Source of the DNA: Patescibacteria group bacterium UBA6017
GTDB taxonomy: Bacteria > Patescibacteriota > Saccharimonadia > UBA4664
Length of the DNA stretch: 64,000 nt
NCBI GenBank assembly: GCA_002429485.1
Contig: DIZX01000016.1
Coordinates: 14,889 to 78,888 of the forward strand
Direction: 5' to 3'
Made by a program: the position numbers and the translations under genes
Notes under the pieces: model-generated
Databases searched by the model: none
Seen by the model: the letters and a program-made list of their open reading frames with translations, nothing else
Told to the model about the DNA's origin: nothing
Shown here: piece after piece, positions 49,155 to 59,401 of the stretch
Layout: the number at the start of each line of letters is the position of its first letter
How positions within the stretch are numbered: the first letter of the stretch is position 1

Positions 49155-51194
49155 TTAGGCGACGCCGGCGACTAGGGGTTCCGCAAACTGGCTGTTGTAT
49201 AGCGAAGCGTAGAAGCCGTTTTGGCCCAGCAGCTGATCGTGAGTGCCTTGCTCCACGATATTGCCGTCCTGCATGACCAGGATGAGATCGGCGTTTCGTA
49301 TCGTTGAAAGACGATGAGCGATCACAAAGCTCGTGCGGCCTTTCATGAGTCGCTCCATGGCCGACTGGATCAGTGTTTCGGTGCGGGTGTCGACCGAACT
49401 CGTGGCTTCATCCAGTATCAGCATTGGCGTATCGGCTAGCATCGCGCGCGCAATAGTAATCAGCTGCTTCTCTCCTTGAGAAACGTTGTCCGCCTCCTCG
49501 TTCAGCTCCATCTTGTATCCGCCCGGAAGTGCGTGAATAAAGTGATCGGCATGCGCCGCCTCTGCCGCCTTCACTACTTCCTTGTGTGTAGCCTTGGATT
49601 TCCCATAGGCGATATTATCTTCGATTGTGCCATTAAACAGCCAGGTATCTTGCAGTACCATGCCGAAGAGGCGGCGCAAGTCGGAGCGCCTCATATCTCG
49701 GATATCAACGCCATCCACTCGAATTGAACCCTCGCTTACATCGTAGAATCTCATTAGCAGGTTTACGATAGTCGTTTTGCCTGCTCCGGTCGGGCCGACA
49801 ATTGCAACGCGCTGTCCGGGTCGGATGCTGGCATTCAGACCTTTAATGATGGTCTTCTCCGGCGAATATCCAAAGACTACATTCTCGAACTCCACGCCTC
49901 CTCTAGCTTTGCCGAGGGCCACCGGTTGCGCTGCCTCAGCCACCTCTTCCTCTTCGGCCAAAAATTCGAATACCCGCTCGGCAGCAGCAGCGGTCGATTG
50001 CAGGACGTTCGCAATATTAGCAGTTTGCGCTATGGGCTGAGTAAATTGGTTCATGTACTGTATGAAGGCCTGAATGTCTCCAATATTAATCTTGCCGTTG
50101 ACCGCCAGCCACCCGCCCAGCACGGCCACCGCGACATAGCCCAAATTGCCGACAAATTGCATGATTGGCATCATCAGCCCCGACAAGAACTGAGACCTCC
50201 AGGCGCTGCCGTAGAGCTCGGTGTTGATTGAGCGAAAAGCCGCCACCGACCGCTGCTCGCCATTGAACGCCTTCATCACCGTATGTCCGGACAGCATCTC
50301 TTCCACGTGGCCGTTGATCTTGCCCAGAGACACCTGCTGCTGCACGAAGTAACCCTGCGAGCGTCCGACGATCAGCTTAATCAGGACGATGCTGACCGGC
50401 AGAACCAGCAACGCCACCACCGTCATTTGCCAACTGATTGTGAGCATTATAATCAGTATCCCGATGATGGTCGTCACGGAGGTTACGATTTGGCTCAGGC
50501 TTTGGTTTAGGGTCTGGCTGACGGTATCTACATCGTTGGTAACCCGGCTCAACACCTCGCCGTGGGTTCGGTTGTCGAAATACCGCAGCGGCAGCAGGCT
50601 GATTTTCAGGGAGATATCCCGCCGCAAGTTGAAGGTGACCTTCTGTGATACTCCGGACATTATCCAGCCCTGAAGATAACTAAAGAGTGCACTGAGGAGG
50701 TATAGCCCCACCAGCAACATTGCCAGCCCGCCGATGCCGCCGAAATCAATCGTTGGCCGCTTGGACAGATCAAGGGATTTTATCGTTTCAAGTTCTTTGG
50801 CGGGAATTCTTTGTATGTCGCTCGGCGGCATGAGTTTCAGTAGCTTAGCTCCGGTCATCCCAGGAGGAAGCTGCATCCCCCGAGGGAGCTTACTGACAAC
50901 TTGATCGTAGACTTTTCCGTCTACGTAGCCGGAGACTATTTTGTTCGTAACATTGCCTAAAATCTTCGGGCTTACGATGGCAAACATGGTGCTGGCGATA
51001 GCAAAAATCAGGACAGCGGTAATTGACAGCCGAAACGGCCGTAGGTACTTCACTAGCGTCCGCATAGTCCCTTTGAAGTTTTTTGGTTTTTCGGCTGGTC
51101 CGCCCATCATTGGGCCGCGACCCATTCCCATACCCATGGCGGGGCGCGGATTCTGAGGGGCTATCGGTGCTGAGTTTGGACGAGCAGTACTCAT
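49155..51194 (-). CDS. ABC exporter subunit (TMD+NBD)
   Basis: GPTGAGKT, VSQGEKQ, ILDEATS, AHR. Confidence 0.93.
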   Translation of the reverse strand: MSTARPNSAPIAPQNPRPAMGMGMGRGPMMGGPAEKPKNFKGTMRTLVKYLRPFRLSITAVLIFAIASTMFAIVSPKILGNVTNKIVSGYVDGKVYDQVVSKLPRGMQLPPGMTGAKLLKLMPPSDIQRIPAKELETIKSLDLSKRPTIDFGGIGGLAMLLVGLYLLSALFSYLQGWIMSGVSQKVTFNLRRDISLKISLLPLRYFDNRTHGEVLSRVTNDVDTVSQTLNQSLSQIVTSVTTIIGILIIMLTISWQMTVVALLVLPVSIVLIKLIVGRSQGYFVQQQVSLGKINGHVEEMLSGHTVMKAFNGEQRSVAAFRSINTELYGSAWRSQFLSGLMMPIMQFVGNLGYVAVAVLGGWLAVNGKINIGDIQAFIQYMNQFTQPIAQTANIANVLQSTAAAAERVFEFLAEEEEVAEAAQPVALGKARGGVEFENVVFGYSPEKTIIKGLNASIRPGQRVAIVGPTGAGKTTIVNLLMRFYDVSEGSIRVDGVDIRDMRRSDLRRLFGMVLQDTWLFNGTIEDNIAYGKSKATHKEVVKAAEAAHADHFIHALPGGYKMELNEEADNVSQGEKQLITIARAMLADTPMLILDEATSSVDTRTETLIQSAMERLMKGRTSFVIAHRLSTIRNADLILVMQDGNIVEQGTHDQLLGQNGFYASLYNSQFAEPLVAGVA

Positions 51195-52990
51195 AGCGCT
51201 TCCCCGGTTGAGAGCTGGCCGCCCTGGTAGGCTTGGTCATCTGTTTCGCTTAAGGCCCGGGCCAGCTCGGCCTCGGACAGTTGAGACGAGGCTATCTCGC
51301 GGTAAACAGCGCAGGTTCGCAGGAGTTCGCTATGAGTACCCTGACCGACGATACTCCCGGCCTCAAGTACCACAATCTTTTCGGCTTGGATGATTGTGCT
51401 GATCCGTTGGGCCACAATCAGTACAGTCTTGCCCTTAGTCTCCTTCTCCAGCGCCTTGCGCAAATTGGCGTCGGTCTTAAAGTCTAGCGAAGAAAAACTA
51501 TCATCGAAGATGTATATTTCCGGTTTCTTCGCGAGAGCCCTGGCTATTGCCAGACGCTGCTTCTGGCCGCCCGAAACGTTGGCTCCCCCCTGAGAAATCG
51601 GGCTCTCCAACCCATCCTCAAGCTGGCCGATAAAGTCGGATGCCTGGGCGATCTCGGCCGCGTGGCTCACTTCATCGCGAGTCGCCTTCGGGTCTCCGTA
51701 CTTGATGTTATCCTCGACGTTACCCGAAAAGAGCACCGCCTTCTGGGACACGTAGCCGATCCTAGCTCGCAGGTCTTCCTGGCGCATATCTCGGACATTA
51801 ACCTCGTCAACCAGAATAGTCCCATCGGTCACATCATAAAAACGGGGGATTAGATTCACTAGCGTGGACTTGCCGCTGCCGGTACTGCCGACAAACGCCG
51901 TTGTCTCACCGGGTACGGCAGTAAAGTTGAGGTGGTGCAGCACCGGCTCTTCTGCGCCGGCGTAGCCAAATGTCACGTCCTTAAACTCAACCAAGCCCTT
52001 GTTCAGGGGGGCTTTTATCGGGCGCTTGGGATCTTTGATCGTTGCTTCGGTATCCAGGACTTCCGCCACGCGTTCGGCCGAAACTGACGCACGCGGTACC
52101 ATAATGAAAATAATCGAGATCATGAGGAAGGCAAAAATAGCCTGCATGGCGTACTGCATAAACGCCAGCATGTCGCCGATCTGCAAGCTGCCCATATTGA
52201 TTTGCTGCGCTCCCACCCAGACTACCGCTATCGAGGTGAGGTTCAGGATCAGCATCATGGCCGGCTGCATAATGACCATCAGCCGGTTTACGAACAGGTT
52301 AACGTCGGTGAGGTCCTGATTGGCGTTCTTAAATTTAGCCTCTTCGTAGCTTTCCGTATTAAAGGCCCGGATCACCCGCAGACCCGTCAATATCTCCCGA
52401 GTGACCAGGTTGAGCCGATCCACCAGCTTCTGTAACTGGGTAAACTTAGGGATAGCAGTGATGAACAGGGTCGCAATGATGAGAATGAGCGTCCCGATTG
52501 CAATGGCCATAATCCAGGCCATGGAAGGTGCCAGCTGGTAGGCCTTAATAATCGCGCCGACTCCCATGAACGGGGCCATGAGCGCCAGGCGCAGGAGCAT
52601 GCCCAATACCGTCTGTATTTGCTGAATATCGTTAGTGCAACGCGTGATGAGGGAAGCGGTTGAAAAGGTATTAAACTCCAGTAGCGAGAAGCTTTCCACC
52701 TTGGTAAAGATCTCATCGCGCAGGCGCATAGCAAATCCGGTCGCTACTTTCGAGGCCAAATATCCGACGCCCACCATGCACGCTCCGCCGAAAAGGGCGA
52801 TCAGCAGCATTATCAGCCCATTACTAAATATTACGTTGCTGTCTTGGCCTACGATTCCCTGGTTTATGATCCTGGCCATGTAGTCGGGCAGGGCCAATGT
52901 TGCCGTCGTCTGCCCGTAGGTGAGTATCAGCATCAGTATCAGGAACCATTTATAGGGAGCAAAGTATTTGAGTAGTTTCAGCGTCTTCAT
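51191..52990 (-). CDS. ABC exporter subunit (TMD+NBD, degenerate site)
   Basis: GSTGSGKS, VSGGQKQ, IFDDS, AQR. Confidence 0.93.
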   Translation of the reverse strand: MKTLKLLKYFAPYKWFLILMLILTYGQTTATLALPDYMARIINQGIVGQDSNVIFSNGLIMLLIALFGGACMVGVGYLASKVATGFAMRLRDEIFTKVESFSLLEFNTFSTASLITRCTNDIQQIQTVLGMLLRLALMAPFMGVGAIIKAYQLAPSMAWIMAIAIGTLILIIATLFITAIPKFTQLQKLVDRLNLVTREILTGLRVIRAFNTESYEEAKFKNANQDLTDVNLFVNRLMVIMQPAMMLILNLTSIAVVWVGAQQINMGSLQIGDMLAFMQYAMQAIFAFLMISIIFIMVPRASVSAERVAEVLDTEATIKDPKRPIKAPLNKGLVEFKDVTFGYAGAEEPVLHHLNFTAVPGETTAFVGSTGSGKSTLVNLIPRFYDVTDGTILVDEVNVRDMRQEDLRARIGYVSQKAVLFSGNVEDNIKYGDPKATRDEVSHAAEIAQASDFIGQLEDGLESPISQGGANVSGGQKQRLAIARALAKKPEIYIFDDSFSSLDFKTDANLRKALEKETKGKTVLIVAQRISTIIQAEKIVVLEAGSIVGQGTHSELLRTCAVYREIASSQLSEAELARALSETDDQAYQGGQLSTGEAL

Positions 52991-53415
52991 AATTTACCGG
53001 GCTCCTGGAGCAAGCTCAAGATTCGGTCAAGCTCGAGCATATCTTTGAGCTCCAATCTATCCAGCATAGCTCCAGTTTGCATCATCTTCATATTTAACAA
53101 CTCGACCAGCTTACGCCCGGCCTCGGCCGATAACTCGAGGCGGATACCTCTACGGTCATTATCGTCCGGCGTTCGGACCAGCCATCCGGACTCAACCAGC
53201 CGATCAGCCAGTAGCGTAGCGGAACCGGGAGAGATAAGCAGCTCATCCGCCAGTTCACGCATCCGGACCGGCTGCTCATTTTTGACAAAGAACAAGGCCT
53301 GCATCTGGTGCATGGTGAGATTCTCTACCCCCATGCCGCCGGCCCCCTGCTGCCGGGTACGGCGACTAATTTGGTAAAGGTGGGTGATTATGGAGCGCTT
53401 AATATCTTCGTGCAT
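52987..53415 (-). CDS. MarR-family regulator
   Basis: ELADEL...ADRLVESGWLVR...DRR; heads the ABC operon. Confidence 0.9.
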   Translation of the reverse strand: MHEDIKRSIITHLYQISRRTRQQGAGGMGVENLTMHQMQALFFVKNEQPVRMRELADELLISPGSATLLADRLVESGWLVRTPDDNDRRGIRLELSAEAGRKLVELLNMKMMQTGAMLDRLELKDMLELDRILSLLQEPGKL

Positions 53416-53539
53416 GCCGCATCAATCAATTACGTTTGATATACGAATAGTTTGTATCTAAAAGTAATATACAAATTAACCAAAATCTCGTCAACCGATA
53501 GTGCTAACTATAAGCGTTATAGTGTATCATTATCTGCAT

Positions 53540-53815
53540 ATGACCAAGCAAAAGACCAACTCGACCTTCGATAATATTGCCATGGCTGCCGCCGTTGCAA
53601 TGCCGCTGATGACCATTCCTCAGCTAGCCAGTGTGCTCAAGGGCCACGTAGAAGGCGTTTCATTGCTCACATGGTCACTGTACACGTTAGTATCCCTTGT
53701 CTTTGCCATTATGGGTTATAAGCGTAGGGACAAAACTCTGATTGTGGCTTATGTCCCTATGTTTCTTCTCGAAGTCGGTATAGTGGGCGGCTTATTGGTG
53801 GTGCATACTAAGTAG
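53540..53815 (+). CDS. PQ-loop/SemiSWEET-like small membrane protein
   Basis: TIPQ, GVSLLTW; three TM helices. Confidence 0.7.
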   Translation: MTKQKTNSTFDNIAMAAAVAMPLMTIPQLASVLKGHVEGVSLLTWSLYTLVSLVFAIMGYKRRDKTLIVAYVPMFLLEVGIVGGLLVVHTK

Positions 53816-53884
53816 ACGAAAAAGCCAAAACGGGTCCCATTGATTTGTATTACAATACGAATTAAGTAAGAAGCGGAGCTAGTT

Positions 53885-54265
53885 ATGTTTAAGCAAATTC
53901 ACGCATTCAGCGGTTTTTCGGTTGATAATTTAACCGCGGCCAAGGAGTTCTACGGCAAAACGCTCGGGCTTGAGGTGGAAGAAACACCCATGGGAGTCTA
54001 CCTCAAAGTAGCCGGCGGTAATCCCATTTTTGTGTACCCCAAAGACGACCATACTCCAGCCAGCTTCACGATTCTCAACTTCCCGGTTGAGGATATCGAT
54101 GCCGCGACTGAATGGCTGGCAAGCAAGGGAGTAACCTTCGAGCACTACGACAACATGACCGATGAAAAAGGTATTGCTCGAGGCATTTCTGCAAACCGTG
54201 GCCCCGACATTGCCTGGTTCAAGGATCCGGCCGGGAATATTCTGTCGGTACTGCAGGAGGGGTAA
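53885..54265 (+). CDS. VOC/glyoxalase-family protein
   Basis: AKEFYGKTLGL, LNFPVEDI, AWFKDPAGN. Confidence 0.9.
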   Translation: MFKQIHAFSGFSVDNLTAAKEFYGKTLGLEVEETPMGVYLKVAGGNPIFVYPKDDHTPASFTILNFPVEDIDAATEWLASKGVTFEHYDNMTDEKGIARGISANRGPDIAWFKDPAGNILSVLQEG

Positions 54266-54273
54266 GCCGCCGG

Positions 54274-56457
54274 CTACCGTCGCTTGTGCGAAAGTTTTGA
54301 TGGCCACCAGATGTTTCGCCCAATATCGTAAGACATTGCCGGGACCAGTAGTGAGCGCACGATTAGGGTGTCAAGCAGAACGCCGAACGATACAATGAAG
54401 GCAAGTTGTACCAAGAATAAGATCGGTATAATCGCCAGCGCCGCGAAGGTTGCCGCCAGTACTAGCCCCGCCGAGGTGATCACGCTGCCGGTAACACCCA
54501 GGCCGCGCAAAATGCCTGGCCTAGTCCCGATCTTGAATGATTCTTCCCGCACGCGAGTCATGAGGAAAATATTGTAATCAACACCTAGCGCCACCAGGAA
54601 AACGAAGCCAAATAGCGGCACAGTGGGGTCTGCCCCAGGGAAGTTGAAGACGTGATTGAAGACCAGCGCTGAAACTCCCATTGTGGCTGCAAAACTAATT
54701 ACTACGCTCAAAATCAGCAGTATCGGCGCCAGTACCGACCTCAAGAGCAACATTAATATTAGGAGAATCACTACCAGCACTATCGGGATTATCTTATAAA
54801 GATCGGCGCGAGCAGTGTCGTTACTATCAATGGCAATGGCGGTCACTCCTCCTACCGTCACGGCTGGGTCGGTGCCCGGCAATGATCTCCTCAAATTTCG
54901 GACTACCTGCTCGGCGGAGGCCGAGTCGGCTTGATCAATTAGGGTCGCATTGATGAGCACTTTGCCATCGACTACCCTTGGATCTGACCGAGTTAAGGCC
55001 GTTGGATTTCCGGAGCCGGCGTAGATGTAGGCCGCGCCAATTCCGGTAGTCGCCTGCACCGCCTTAAGTGTTTCCTGCGCCTTGGCCTGGTCGGCAATAA
55101 TTACTACCGGGCTCCCAGAGCCGGCATCGAAGTGATCAGCTAGTACTTTCTGACCATCAACCGCCTCGGACTTCGACAGAATCAGCGCGGTTTGCGAAAC
55201 GCCGGACGCCTTGAGCTGCGGCAACCCGAGTATGCAGCCAGCAAGTACCGCTAGCGCAAATAACCAGGTTAGTCGTGGCCTACGGGCGATCAGGCTACCG
55301 ATTCTACGCCATAGCCCGGGAGCCCCCTCGAGACCCGAAACTTCATTGTCTGTATCGGCGTGCGGGTGCTCGGGATTAACCTTGGGAGTCATGGGCCAAT
55401 AAGCTTTGCGGCCGAAAGCGTACAGCAGTGCCGGCAGCAAAGTCATGGCAGCGAGAAATGAGAACAATATGCCGATCGCAGCAATTGGGCCTAGGCTGCG
55501 GTTCGAATTCAGATCAGAGAAGAGCAGGCAAAGGAGGGCTAAGATCACCGTGGCAGCCGAGGCGGCAATCGGCTCAATCGAATTCTTTATGGCATGAATT
55601 ATCGCGACCCATTTATTCTCCACATGCTCGAGAGCCTCGCGATAACGAGCGGATAGCAGCAATGAGTAGTCCGTGGCAGCGCCGATCACCAAGATAGACA
55701 AAATACCCTGACTTTGCCCGTTAAGCTTGATCCATCCCCAACTAGCCATTGCGTACACTAGCAAGATTGCGGCAGTGAGGGCGAACATGGCCGTAAACAG
55801 CACTACGAATGGTAAAACGATCGAACGATAAACCAGCAATAGGATTATAAAGACGGCTCCGACCGCGACGAGCAGAAGGATGCCGTCAATCCCGCCAAAG
55901 GCAGTTATTAGGTCAGCCGAAAGTCCGGCCGGCCCGGTAACATAGCTGGCTGTACCTTCCGGAGCAGTATCCTTTGCGGTCCGGCGTAGTTCCTTCACAA
56001 CCGCACCGACTTTCTCGGTATTTGAGATAGGAACAATATATTCCACTGCTTTGCCATCCGCCGAAGGGATTGGCCCCGCTACAGCCGTGGACTGTCCGGA
56101 AGCTGGAGATTCGACTCCGCTAACAGTCCCGAGGCTAATACCTAGCTTTGCGAACTGTGATAACTGGGCGGAAGTAATCCGGGCGGGCGACTCGACGACT
56201 ACTATTGCCGGTATTGATTTAGAGGCTGCAAATTTAGCTTGGACTGCCTGAACCTTGGTGCTTTCAGCACTGGCCGGCAGGAACGAAGCTTGGTCATTAC
56301 TCGATACGGAGGACAACTTGCCGAAGGTTGGACCGCCTATTCCGGCAGCAATGAACCAGGCCACGATGATGACTGCGGGCAACAAGATTCTCGCCCATCG
56401 GGACGGCTGGCGTTCAGATGACGATTTGCTACGATTTGAATCTGAAGTTGTGGTCAT
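54274..56457 (-). CDS. MMPL/RND-family transporter
   Basis: GAATDYSLLLSARYRE, ALGVDYNIFLMTRVREE. Confidence 0.92.
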   Translation of the reverse strand: MTTTSDSNRSKSSSERQPSRWARILLPAVIIVAWFIAAGIGGPTFGKLSSVSSNDQASFLPASAESTKVQAVQAKFAASKSIPAIVVVESPARITSAQLSQFAKLGISLGTVSGVESPASGQSTAVAGPIPSADGKAVEYIVPISNTEKVGAVVKELRRTAKDTAPEGTASYVTGPAGLSADLITAFGGIDGILLLVAVGAVFIILLLVYRSIVLPFVVLFTAMFALTAAILLVYAMASWGWIKLNGQSQGILSILVIGAATDYSLLLSARYREALEHVENKWVAIIHAIKNSIEPIAASAATVILALLCLLFSDLNSNRSLGPIAAIGILFSFLAAMTLLPALLYAFGRKAYWPMTPKVNPEHPHADTDNEVSGLEGAPGLWRRIGSLIARRPRLTWLFALAVLAGCILGLPQLKASGVSQTALILSKSEAVDGQKVLADHFDAGSGSPVVIIADQAKAQETLKAVQATTGIGAAYIYAGSGNPTALTRSDPRVVDGKVLINATLIDQADSASAEQVVRNLRRSLPGTDPAVTVGGVTAIAIDSNDTARADLYKIIPIVLVVILLILMLLLRSVLAPILLILSVVISFAATMGVSALVFNHVFNFPGADPTVPLFGFVFLVALGVDYNIFLMTRVREESFKIGTRPGILRGLGVTGSVITSAGLVLAATFAALAIIPILFLVQLAFIVSFGVLLDTLIVRSLLVPAMSYDIGRNIWWPSKLSHKRR

Positions 56458-56542
56458 GGCATCCTTTGGGAATTAGATGTGGCTAGAGTCTAATATTAGC
56501 CCAAGTCGCCTCCTGAAGTAAGCTGGTCCATCCCAGGAGAGA

Positions 56543-57550
56543 CTAGTCGTCATTCGGCGGCTGCCGCCGCGTCGGGGTCGGAGTCGGAGAGGGGGCGGCT
56601 GTGGCTGCGGGCCTGGGGGTGGTTGGAGAGGGAGTGCTCTGAACCGTCTTTTTGGGTGTCGGAGTGGGTGCAGGCGGCGGGGGGTGATTACTTCGAAATC
56701 CTGGTAGGGTAGGGAATTATAATGCTCTACCACAGCCACTACTCGGTACTGACCCGGTTGGCGAAACAGCGAGTGCCAAGCTCACCGCCCCGAGGACATA
56801 GACATTAAACGGCCAGCTCTGGATCTTGCCGGTTTGGCGGTTTGCGCCCTGGCCAAATGCCTCGGTGAGTACGTGAGACTCGGGCACGCCCTGCCGGTGC
56901 AAGTTTCCTGCCATTCCTTTCATGAACGGCGGCGGGCCGCAGATGTAGAACGCCTTAACCACTAACATGCCCCTTACCACTCGGTCAATCAGCTCCGGCG
57001 ATATGAACCCGGTCGTCACCAGTTGGCCCTGCAGCCTATCTGTCGCCCCTTGACCAATCACGAACACCACTCGGAAATTAGGGTTCACACTGCTGAGCCG
57101 TTTAAGCTCATCAACGAAGGGAATATCGTCTTGATTTCGGCAACTATATACGAGCGTGACAGTGTTTGAGGCCTCAATCTTAGTGAGATACCGAATCATG
57201 CTGATGAACGGCGTGATACCGATGCCTCCAGCCAGAAATACTGCCTCGGAGTCCCGAGCCTGGTCGAATACAAATCCGCCAAACGGACCGCGGACCGCTA
57301 CATCATCACCGGGCATAATCCGGCTCAGAGCACCGGTGTAGTGACCACCATTGCGGATACTAAATTGGAGCAGCCCCGCTTCGGTTGGTGAACTAACTAT
57401 CGAAAAGCACCGAGCAGCCGAGGGGCGAGCCCCCTGATAGAAATTAATCGCCGCATACTGTCCCGGCACAAACGCAAATGGACGTTCATCATCGCCAAGA
57501 CGGAGAGTCAACAGACTCGTCGATGGTGTCAGGGCCTCATTTGAGACCAC
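56543..57550 (-). pseudogene. Ferredoxin-NADP reductase-like flavoprotein, probably degraded
   Basis: PGQY, RCFS, GPFG, AGGIGITP, YICGP; weak GTG start; Pro/Thr-rich tail continues in frame after the TAA at 56717-56719. Confidence 0.6.
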
Positions 57551-57776
57551 CGTGTACTTGTGTATATGTCGGACATTATATCATCCAAGCCGGTAGGGTT
57601 TGAGGCTCTCAGACTCTAATTGAACCAATAATATGTGTTTATAATGGCTGGGTTTTGACGTTGAGAATCCGTTTTTTACTTAAGCCAACAGATATGCAGC
57701 GTCTTGCTAAATCCAGATAGCAACAGCATAATAATCTCGTCCTAGTAGTTCTGAAGTTCTTTGAAACGGAGTGCTG

Positions 57777-59237
57777 ATGCCCAAGAGTCACGACCCGCGG
57801 ATCGCGGCCGAGCTCGCTCGTCCCGGTTCCCTAGCAATGCCAGGTTTTCTCGCAATGGTCGCTGCCTACGAAGCGCTCGCAGCCGGCATCGACGGCGGAG
57901 TGAAGTTGGCTGGGCATTTCAACTCCCCAGACAAACAATCGGTCCTGCGCCTGTACGCCGACATGGCGATCACGGCAGCATCGCCGTGGAACACGTTCAT
58001 CGGCAACCCCGCTGCTCAGAGGGAGGCGTTCCGCACCAGCGGTGGCTCACTTATCAACGGGCTCGTCAACTTCTGGACCGACGCCAGGCACCACAATGGG
58101 TTCCCGCTTCTTTCGGACGGATCGTTCGAAGTTGGCGTGAACAGCGGTGACACTCCGGGGGATGTGGTCTTCAGCAATGGGCTCATCGAGCTCATTCTCT
58201 ACCGCCCCACAACCAAGAAGGTCCGAGCGGTTCCGCTGCTCGCGGTGCCTCCACCCATCGGCAAGCTCCCCATCATGGACCTTACCAAGGGGAAGAGCTG
58301 GATCCAGTTCATGGTGAACTCCGGCTACTCGGTTTACGCGATTAGCTGGGTCAACCCTGACAACTCGATGGGCGACATGTCCTTCGAGGACTACATCCTT
58401 AAGGGGGTAGTCGCAGCCTTGGAGGCCATCCCGGACCCCAAAGTCAACGTGGCTGCACTTTGCCTCGGCGGGACCATGGCCGCCATCACGGCAGCACTCA
58501 AGGGCAAGGTTAACACCGCCTCATTCTTCGTTACCTACACCGACTTCAGTGGCAACACCGGGCCGATGGGAGCGATGATCACCGACAAGGCTCTGGGCAA
58601 GATGAGCGCCAAGAACCCCTACAACGAGGTCGTAACGGCGAAGCAGATGAGAGATGCCTTTCGGGCTCTGAACATGCTTGAGCTCTTCTGGGGTCCGGCT
58701 GTCCAGCAATGGCTCCTCGGCCAGAAGCCCGGCCCATCAGCCCTCCTCGACTGGAATGCTGACGGAACCAATCTCTTCGCCAAGATGCACCTCCAGTACT
58801 TGAGGGCGTGCTATCTCGACAATCTCTTCGCGAAGCGCAAGCTCGTGATCGGCGGCCAGACCATCGGTATTTCGGACATCGACGTCGACACCTACTGGGT
58901 TGGCGGCGAGCTCGATCACATCGTGAAGTGGGGCAGCTGCTTCTTCGGGGCCTCTCAAACGAGCGGCGATCGTCGGCTGGTCCTCGCCCCTCGTGGGCAT
59001 CTCGGCTCTATCGTCGACCCACCCTCGGACAGGGCGTCTTACCTGGTAGGGCCATCCACTTACACCGATGACGCGTCGTGGAAGGCGAACGCGGTCAAGG
59101 TCTCGGGATCATCTTGGTGGGCTGATCACGCAAACTGGCTGGAGCCACGCTCCGGACCACTCGTTGATGCACCTATCCTGGACCCGGCCGACATTCTGTA
59201 CGCCGCCCCCGGCAAGAATGTCTTGGTCAAGGCCTAG
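57777..59237 (+). CDS. phaC: Polyhydroxyalkanoate synthase-like protein
   Basis: TPGDVVF, PLLAVPP, IMDL, ISWVNP, lipase box LCLGG, WNAD, DHIV, GH, SWW. Confidence 0.8.
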   Translation: MPKSHDPRIAAELARPGSLAMPGFLAMVAAYEALAAGIDGGVKLAGHFNSPDKQSVLRLYADMAITAASPWNTFIGNPAAQREAFRTSGGSLINGLVNFWTDARHHNGFPLLSDGSFEVGVNSGDTPGDVVFSNGLIELILYRPTTKKVRAVPLLAVPPPIGKLPIMDLTKGKSWIQFMVNSGYSVYAISWVNPDNSMGDMSFEDYILKGVVAALEAIPDPKVNVAALCLGGTMAAITAALKGKVNTASFFVTYTDFSGNTGPMGAMITDKALGKMSAKNPYNEVVTAKQMRDAFRALNMLELFWGPAVQQWLLGQKPGPSALLDWNADGTNLFAKMHLQYLRACYLDNLFAKRKLVIGGQTIGISDIDVDTYWVGGELDHIVKWGSCFFGASQTSGDRRLVLAPRGHLGSIVDPPSDRASYLVGPSTYTDDASWKANAVKVSGSSWWADHANWLEPRSGPLVDAPILDPADILYAAPGKNVLVKA

Positions 59238-59254
59238 GCAACACAGTTACACCC

Positions 59255-59302
59255 ATGGGGTGAGTGGGGTCCGCCCGGACTCCACTCACCCCATCTTTCT
59301 TT
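59255..59302 (+). terminator. Long GC-rich terminator hairpin
   Basis: ATGGGGTGAGTGGGGTCC-GCCC-GGACTCCACTCACCCCAT-CTTTCTTT. Confidence 0.85.
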
Positions 59303-59401
59303 GGTACGAGATCACAGGCGATGATAAACATAAGTGTTATAATCAACAAAATTCTTAATTGCCGCCGAGGAGAGACCAGCCCTTCGGTAGCCAGGGAAAA
59401 T

